Assembly (NCBI GenBank): GCA_965230975.1
Contig: OZ246402.1
Location: 928,859 to 992,858 of the forward strand
Source: an uncultured Candidatus Saccharibacteria bacterium
Lineage (GTDB): Bacteria; Patescibacteriota; Dojkabacteria; J137
DNA length: 64,000 nucleotides
Direction of reading: 5' to 3'
Below, one piece after another: positions 59,562 through 64,000 of this stretch. A program made the translations under genes and the position numbers. The notes under the pieces are model-generated. The model was given only the letters and a program-made list of their open reading frames with translations, had not been told where the DNA came from and made no database searches. How positions within the stretch are numbered: the stretch's first letter is position 1; each line of letters begins with the position of its first letter.

Positions 59562-60248
59562 TTATCCATATTTTTCATAAAACATTTTATCGGCACCATT
59601 CTTTTTTAAAATATCTACAACATCTGCAATCATTTGGTTAGAACCGCACAAATAAAACTCTGTATCTTTAACTTCGAGGTGTTTTGAATTTATCATTCTT
59701 TGTAAAACCTCTGTAACCCTGCCTTTTTTTGCATATTTCTTTTTTGGTACTTCTCTTGTAACACACTGAATGTATTTGAAAGTATCACTAATATTTTCGG
59801 CAAAGTAATTATAGGCAATATCATTTGCATTAGTCTTTGTGCCGAATAATAGAGTGATATCAAATTTCGCTAAATCTAAAGATTTAATCATTGGAATAAA
59901 TGGAGCAACCCCTGTGCCAGTACAAATAAATACTTTTTTTGGCAAATCACTTTTTATGGAAAATATGCCATATGGGCCAAGCATAGAAACTTGATCTCCA
60001 ACTTTAGTTTTTTCAAAATATTTAGAAGCGAGTCCACCTGGGTTAACATCAATTAATAATTCCATTTTCCCATCTTTTAAATCAACAATAGAATATGCTC
60101 TAGTATAGGTAGGCTGAAAACGTATGCCAACAAATTGGCCTGGCTTAAAACTAAACTCAGCAGGGACATCATAAATTAATTTAAAATCGCTTTTTGCAAT
60201 TTGAATCTTTTCTAATAGTTTTGCTTTAAAGCTTAGTATTTTTTGCAT
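59562..60248 (-). CDS. FAD/NAD(P)-binding ferredoxin-NADP-reductase-like oxidoreductase (228 aa; PyrK-like but no Fe-S Cys cluster)
   Basis: RAYSIV FAD-binding motif and CTGTGVAPF NAD(P)-binding motif. Confidence 0.65.
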   Translation of the reverse strand: MQKILSFKAKLLEKIQIAKSDFKLIYDVPAEFSFKPGQFVGIRFQPTYTRAYSIVDLKDGKMELLIDVNPGGLASKYFEKTKVGDQVSMLGPYGIFSIKSDLPKKVFICTGTGVAPFIPMIKSLDLAKFDITLLFGTKTNANDIAYNYFAENISDTFKYIQCVTREVPKKKYAKKGRVTEVLQRMINSKHLEVKDTEFYLCGSNQMIADVVDILKKNGADKMFYEKYG

Positions 60249-60304
60249 ATTTATAATAATAGTATTTGAATCACATCATTAAGCTATTATAGGAATAATT
60301 TGAA

Positions 60305-61399
60305 ATGGTTTCTATAGTTATAGCTACTAAAAGATCCAAATCTTACAAATTCCTTACGAGTACAAAATTTCAACTTGTTCAAAATACTTTATATGCTAAC
60401 ATAGATTTAACAAAGGAATTCAAACATTTTAAACACAAAACTATGAAGCCTAACAAGAAGATTTCGATTATTGTTACAGCATTTAGAGAAGAAAAAACCA
60501 TTGCTAAATGTATAGAATGTATTGCAAATAAAGAATATTCTGGGTTAACAGAAGATTATGAGATAATTTTAACTGCTCCAGATCAAGAAACTCACGCTGC
60601 CGCATCTGCCAAGGCTAAAGAACTTGGTATTGAAGAAAAACTGGTGCATTTAATTGACCCGGGTAAGGGTAAACCAACTGGTTTAAACCTAGCAATGGAC
60701 AACGCAACAGGCAGTGTTTGGGTATTTACAGATGGAGATGTTTATTTAGGGCATGACGCAATTTCAAGGTTACTTAAACATTTTAAAAATCCAAGTGTTG
60801 AAATGGTTACAGGTAGGCCAAAATCAGCAGATTCTAAAAGCAACATGATGGGTTATTTTGGCAACCTCTTGGCAGATGCGGCGCACCACAAAAGAACAAT
60901 TGATTTAACAGAAAACCCTGAAGGTAAAAGTTTGGCATTTGTAAAAAAAAGAGCATTCTTTCCTGTAACAGGATATATTTATGCAATGCGTAAAACTGAT
61001 TTAAGATTCCCTGCAGATACTTTAGTTGATGATGCATATATCTCTTATGCGGTTTTCAACGAAGGTGGCAGAATTGAATACGAACCCAATGCACTAGCTT
61101 ATGTAAAATATCCAACAAATTTAGCAGATTATTTTAAGCAAAAAAAAAGATCTACTGGTGGGTACATTCAACTTTGGGAGTACGGAATTGTTAGACCCGA
61201 TACAAAAACCAGATCTTTTTGGAGAGAGCTAGAGTACTTTTGGTACCCAATTAGTTATGCAAAAAATATTAAGGAATTATTCTTCTCACTATTAATGTAT
61301 CCAATAAGACTTTGGCTTTGGGTTCAAATATTTTGGGAAAGAAAAGTTATTAAAAAAGATTTTGTTAAAACCTGGGTTAGAGTAGAGAGTACAAAATAG
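60305..61399 (+). CDS. family 2 glycosyltransferase with C-terminal membrane segments
   Basis: ISIIVTAFREEKTIAKCIECI GT-A N-terminus and DGDVYL (DxD). An alternative ATG at 60443 would remove a 46-aa leader. Confidence 0.7.
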   Translation: MVSIVIATKRSKSYKFLTSTKFQLVQNTLYANIDLTKEFKHFKHKTMKPNKKISIIVTAFREEKTIAKCIECIANKEYSGLTEDYEIILTAPDQETHAAASAKAKELGIEEKLVHLIDPGKGKPTGLNLAMDNATGSVWVFTDGDVYLGHDAISRLLKHFKNPSVEMVTGRPKSADSKSNMMGYFGNLLADAAHHKRTIDLTENPEGKSLAFVKKRAFFPVTGYIYAMRKTDLRFPADTLVDDAYISYAVFNEGGRIEYEPNALAYVKYPTNLADYFKQKKRSTGGYIQLWEYGIVRPDTKTRSFWRELEYFWYPISYAKNIKELFFSLLMYPIRLWLWVQIFWERKVIKKDFVKTWVRVESTK

Positions 61400-61415
61400 T
61401 TACTTCAAATTAGAT

Positions 61416-62189
61416 TTACTGTTCATACACATCAGAATAATAGTCTATATAATCTACCCATACATTAAATAAATCTGGCCTTTCAACAGCTACTTTATTA
61501 GCCATGTTTTCTGCTACATCTAAATACCACATCGCTCTTTTTATATGACTACTCATATGCCAATATGGAGTTTGCATTAACATTGCAACTATCTTCGCTT
61601 TTCGATCAACTAAATTAAATAATGAAAAAGAAAATAGTAATTCGTTTGTTGGAATATTCCCTTCTTTTGTTTTTATAAAGTCCAATTTTTTCCGTCCTCC
61701 ATGAATACGCATGTGGAAGACTCGTTCTAATCTCATCATATTTATTACTACATCCTCTTCTGTCCAGACAGGATTATTAGTGTAAGGGTCTATGGTATTA
61801 GCAAACTCCTCTAAAATATCTATTAAAGGGTAGTTTTGTAAAGTTCCATTTCTTACATTATGTCTATAAAAGATATGGTGATAATTTGAAACTCTTTCAG
61901 GAATTCTTTTTCGAAGCACTAACCTTCCTTTTCTATCTACTTCTGGAATTCTTCCCGAAATTGCTGTGTTTATAATATTAGTAACTAGTCTACTATAAGC
62001 TAGTTGATAGGAACTGTTGTTATTCGGCAATTCCGGATCTATATAAATTAAAGGATCATACTCTGGATCAATGATTAAATTTGAGTATAGATGAAATTCT
62101 TCAAATAAGGGGATTGGGGTTGTTGATTCTATAATTGAAACTGGGGGTTCAACAGGGGGCAAGCTGAATGGGGCCTGCCAGCTGTTCAT
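61416..62189 (-). CDS. hypothetical protein (257 aa)
   Basis: ORF. No motif recognised. Confidence 0.45.
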   Translation of the reverse strand: MNSWQAPFSLPPVEPPVSIIESTTPIPLFEEFHLYSNLIIDPEYDPLIYIDPELPNNNSSYQLAYSRLVTNIINTAISGRIPEVDRKGRLVLRKRIPERVSNYHHIFYRHNVRNGTLQNYPLIDILEEFANTIDPYTNNPVWTEEDVVINMMRLERVFHMRIHGGRKKLDFIKTKEGNIPTNELLFSFSLFNLVDRKAKIVAMLMQTPYWHMSSHIKRAMWYLDVAENMANKVAVERPDLFNVWVDYIDYYSDVYEQ

Positions 62190-62291
62190 ATAAACAGCTT
62201 TTTGAAAAAAGTAATTTCTGGTGTTTGACCTTTTATCATTAGTGAATAATTTAAAAGAAAAAATTTTTTAAGTCAAGAGTGTTTTTTTATT

Positions 62292-62759
62292 TTAATATCC
62301 AATATTTATAACTTTATACTTTTTTTGAGTTTCCGTTACTATAAATTCTGAACCAGCTTTTTTATTTAATAAATATCTACCTAAAATGGATTCTGTAGTG
62401 ATTGCATTAGAATAAATTCTTGCTCTAAATACATCTTCGTCAACCAATCGGACTTGTAACCTAGCCCCATCTTCTTTTTCTAATTCTATAGCACACCCAA
62501 TTTGAATTTTCTTAGAAGATAACCTCTTTTCACTTAAAGACTTAATCGCATTTTCTAGATTAATAATTCTAGTCTCGTTGTGTCTTTGATCTGCAACTGC
62601 AGCATCGTAAGGGAAATTTTCCCGAAATAAATCACCTAGCTCTTCAGCCCGTCTTAACTCAATTGCAATCTCTTTTCTTTTAGTTGTTTTTCTGTACTCA
62701 AGCTCTTGCTTAAGTTTTTCTAACTCTGTAGACATAAAAGTTTTAATCTTACTAAACAA
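62292..62759 (-). CDS. greA: transcription elongation factor GreA
   Basis: N-terminal coiled-coil with EIAIELRRAEELGDLFRENFPYDAA (compare GreA EAREHGDLKENAEY) and a C-terminal FKBP-like domain. TTG start 62759; an alternative ATG is at 62735. Confidence 0.7.
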   Translation of the reverse strand: MFSKIKTFMSTELEKLKQELEYRKTTKRKEIAIELRRAEELGDLFRENFPYDAAVADQRHNETRIINLENAIKSLSEKRLSSKKIQIGCAIELEKEDGARLQVRLVDEDVFRARIYSNAITTESILGRYLLNKKAGSEFIVTETQKKYKVINIGY

Positions 62760-62817
62760 GACTGATTTTAAAGAGTTTTAGAAGATTTTTTTAGTGAGGA
62801 GATACTAACTATCGAAT

Positions 62818-63525
62818 TTATACTCTAGACAAGGTTTGTGTATATTCTTTATGAAAGAACCCACTAGAAGAGTTATCTAGTAAATCAAAGAATTCTACAT
62901 CTGCATTACTAAAAGTTACATTATCTTTAATTAAGTCCAGGATTTTGTCTTTATTGTATTCAAACCAAAAATTAAGACCATAGTCTGTAGCTTTTAAAAG
63001 TTCACCTTTAGAATTATTGCAAACACAAACATTATAAAAAGTGTCTTCTACTAAATGACCATTACTATCTTTTCTTATTTGCCTTAAAGTGCCAATATTT
63101 TCAAATTCGCCAATCAAACCTGTTTCTTCTTTAACTTTTCTTTTAGCCGCATCTGTTACTAACTCAGATGGTTCTACCTTGCCAGAGATTCCTATATTAA
63201 TATCCCCATAATATGGGTGTCGTAATCTTTTTTGCATTAATATCTCTTTTTTGCCCAAATTCTCATTAAAAACAACTGCAATTACAGAAACTCTGAAAAG
63301 GCTTTTGTATTCACCTTTTATATCCATTTGAATAACGTATTTTTTGCCAAAATCTGTTAAGAAATATAGATCGTTCTCTTTTTTAAGATATTTTTTATCT
63401 AGTAAAAATCTTAAGTGGTAATTAAACAGATCTTGTTCGATATCATCTGGTTTTAAATCTGAATATCTAAGAGCATTGCCCTTTAATGCATGAGATAAAA
63501 TTTTGAGTTGAACGTAAGAAAGCAT
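62818..63525 (-). CDS. NUDIX-hydrolase-domain protein with N-terminal winged-helix-like region (235 aa)
   Basis: Near-canonical NUDIX box GKVEPSELVTDAAKRKVKEETGL (RE replaced by RK). N-terminal LKILSHALKGNALRYSDL is HTH-like. Confidence 0.55.
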   Translation of the reverse strand: MLSYVQLKILSHALKGNALRYSDLKPDDIEQDLFNYHLRFLLDKKYLKKENDLYFLTDFGKKYVIQMDIKGEYKSLFRVSVIAVVFNENLGKKEILMQKRLRHPYYGDINIGISGKVEPSELVTDAAKRKVKEETGLIGEFENIGTLRQIRKDSNGHLVEDTFYNVCVCNNSKGELLKATDYGLNFWFEYNKDKILDLIKDNVTFSNADVEFFDLLDNSSSGFFHKEYTQTLSRV

Positions 63526-63582
63526 TTAGAATTTTAGCACTTTCTAAATCTGAAAACATTGTGCCACAATACAAATTATGTA

Positions 63583-63879
63583 CTAAATTTCTAAGCTTTC
63601 TGGTATAGGAATAAATCCATAACTTAGGACCATCTGCATAAAATATTCTGGAGTTATAGTTATTTTATAGTCAAAAACTGTACCCACTTCATAGCCCGCT
63701 GACCCAATCAGACTTCTTTTATTTCTCTCAAATATTGCATGAACTGCTCCCATTAATTCTAAATTACAACTAACAGTATCTGAAAAGCTAAGTACAATGT
63801 TGCCATCGTGATCTAAGCCAATAAATCTTGCACACAAATCTTGATGAAAGCCTGTTATACCATTATATCCTCTAAACAA
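63583..63879 (-). CDS. hypothetical protein (98 aa; may extend beyond the called start)
   Basis: ORF at the window edge. No motif recognised. Confidence 0.3.
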   Translation of the reverse strand: MFRGYNGITGFHQDLCARFIGLDHDGNIVLSFSDTVSCNLELMGAVHAIFERNKRSLIGSAGYEVGTVFDYKITITPEYFMQMVLSYGFIPIPESLEI

Positions 63880-64000
63880 TACTTTCGAACCCTCAAAGTT
63901 ATCTGTTTTAGGGTGTAAAGTGACAAGTTCGTTTAGTGCGGAATTATATACATTTACTAGCCTAGACGGATCTGAAGCAATTACTTGTGTTAAACCATTT

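Noticed and set aside
927-62759. N-terminal extensions in several ORF-track entries (pyk 927, ldh 26887, hsp20 40384, pflA 22588, tpi 30601, wHTH 58827, greA 62759)
   Set aside because: These begin at TTG/GTG far upstream of the conserved N-terminus. I trimmed to the first in-frame ATG where family knowledge supports it. The long versions would also overlap neighbouring genes.
1-64000. CRISPR arrays, transposases, integrases
   Set aside because: No regularly spaced direct repeats and no ORF with recognisable DDE or tyrosine-recombinase motifs were seen. The only mobile-element trace is the 18-bp tRNA 3'-end duplication.

Overview
The window is a compact, low-GC, gene-dense prokaryotic segment. 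Coding density is about 85%, adjacent genes often overlap or abut, and there are clear GC-rich intrinsic terminator hairpins. Several markers are bacterial-type: GreA, PrmC/HemK, a roughly 400-aa Tgt, YggT, and a 510-aa GpmI. The first half (about 1-30.6 kb) is a dense cluster of central carbon and fermentation genes: pyruvate kinase, GAPDH, PGK, PFK, flavodoxin, a two-subunit 2-oxoacid:ferredoxin oxidoreductase, two iPGM paralogs, PFL with its activase, an ADP-forming acetyl-CoA synthetase, L-LDH, class I (DhnA-type) FBA and an archaeal-type TIM. Uncharacterised small, membrane and acidic ORFs are interspersed throughout. The second half carries housekeeping genes (prmC, pyrG, tgt, pyrD, greA), an Hsp20, a tRNA-Ser(GCU) with a nearby duplicated 3' fragment, and two islands of uncharacterised proteins (about 38-46 kb and 48.6-53.2 kb). 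The points most worth a second look are:
- the OFOR alpha subunit has a C-terminal NUDIX domain fused in frame;
- archaeal-type TIM and DhnA-type FBA sit in an otherwise bacterial-looking genome;
- an exact 20-21 bp palindromic element occurs three times in intergenic DNA;
- an 18-bp att-like duplication lies next to tRNA-Ser;
- a small AAA/ABC-type ATPase sits beside a tail-anchored protein;
- the PyrD has class-2 architecture but a class-1-type Cys at the catalytic-base position;
- Shine-Dalgarno motifs are essentially absent.
No CRISPR array, transposase or integrase was recognised. Many ORF-track N-termini start at TTG/GTG and were trimmed to the first in-frame ATG where family knowledge supports it. 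Taxonomic placement (a reduced fermentative bacterium, possibly CPR/Patescibacteria-like) is inference only.
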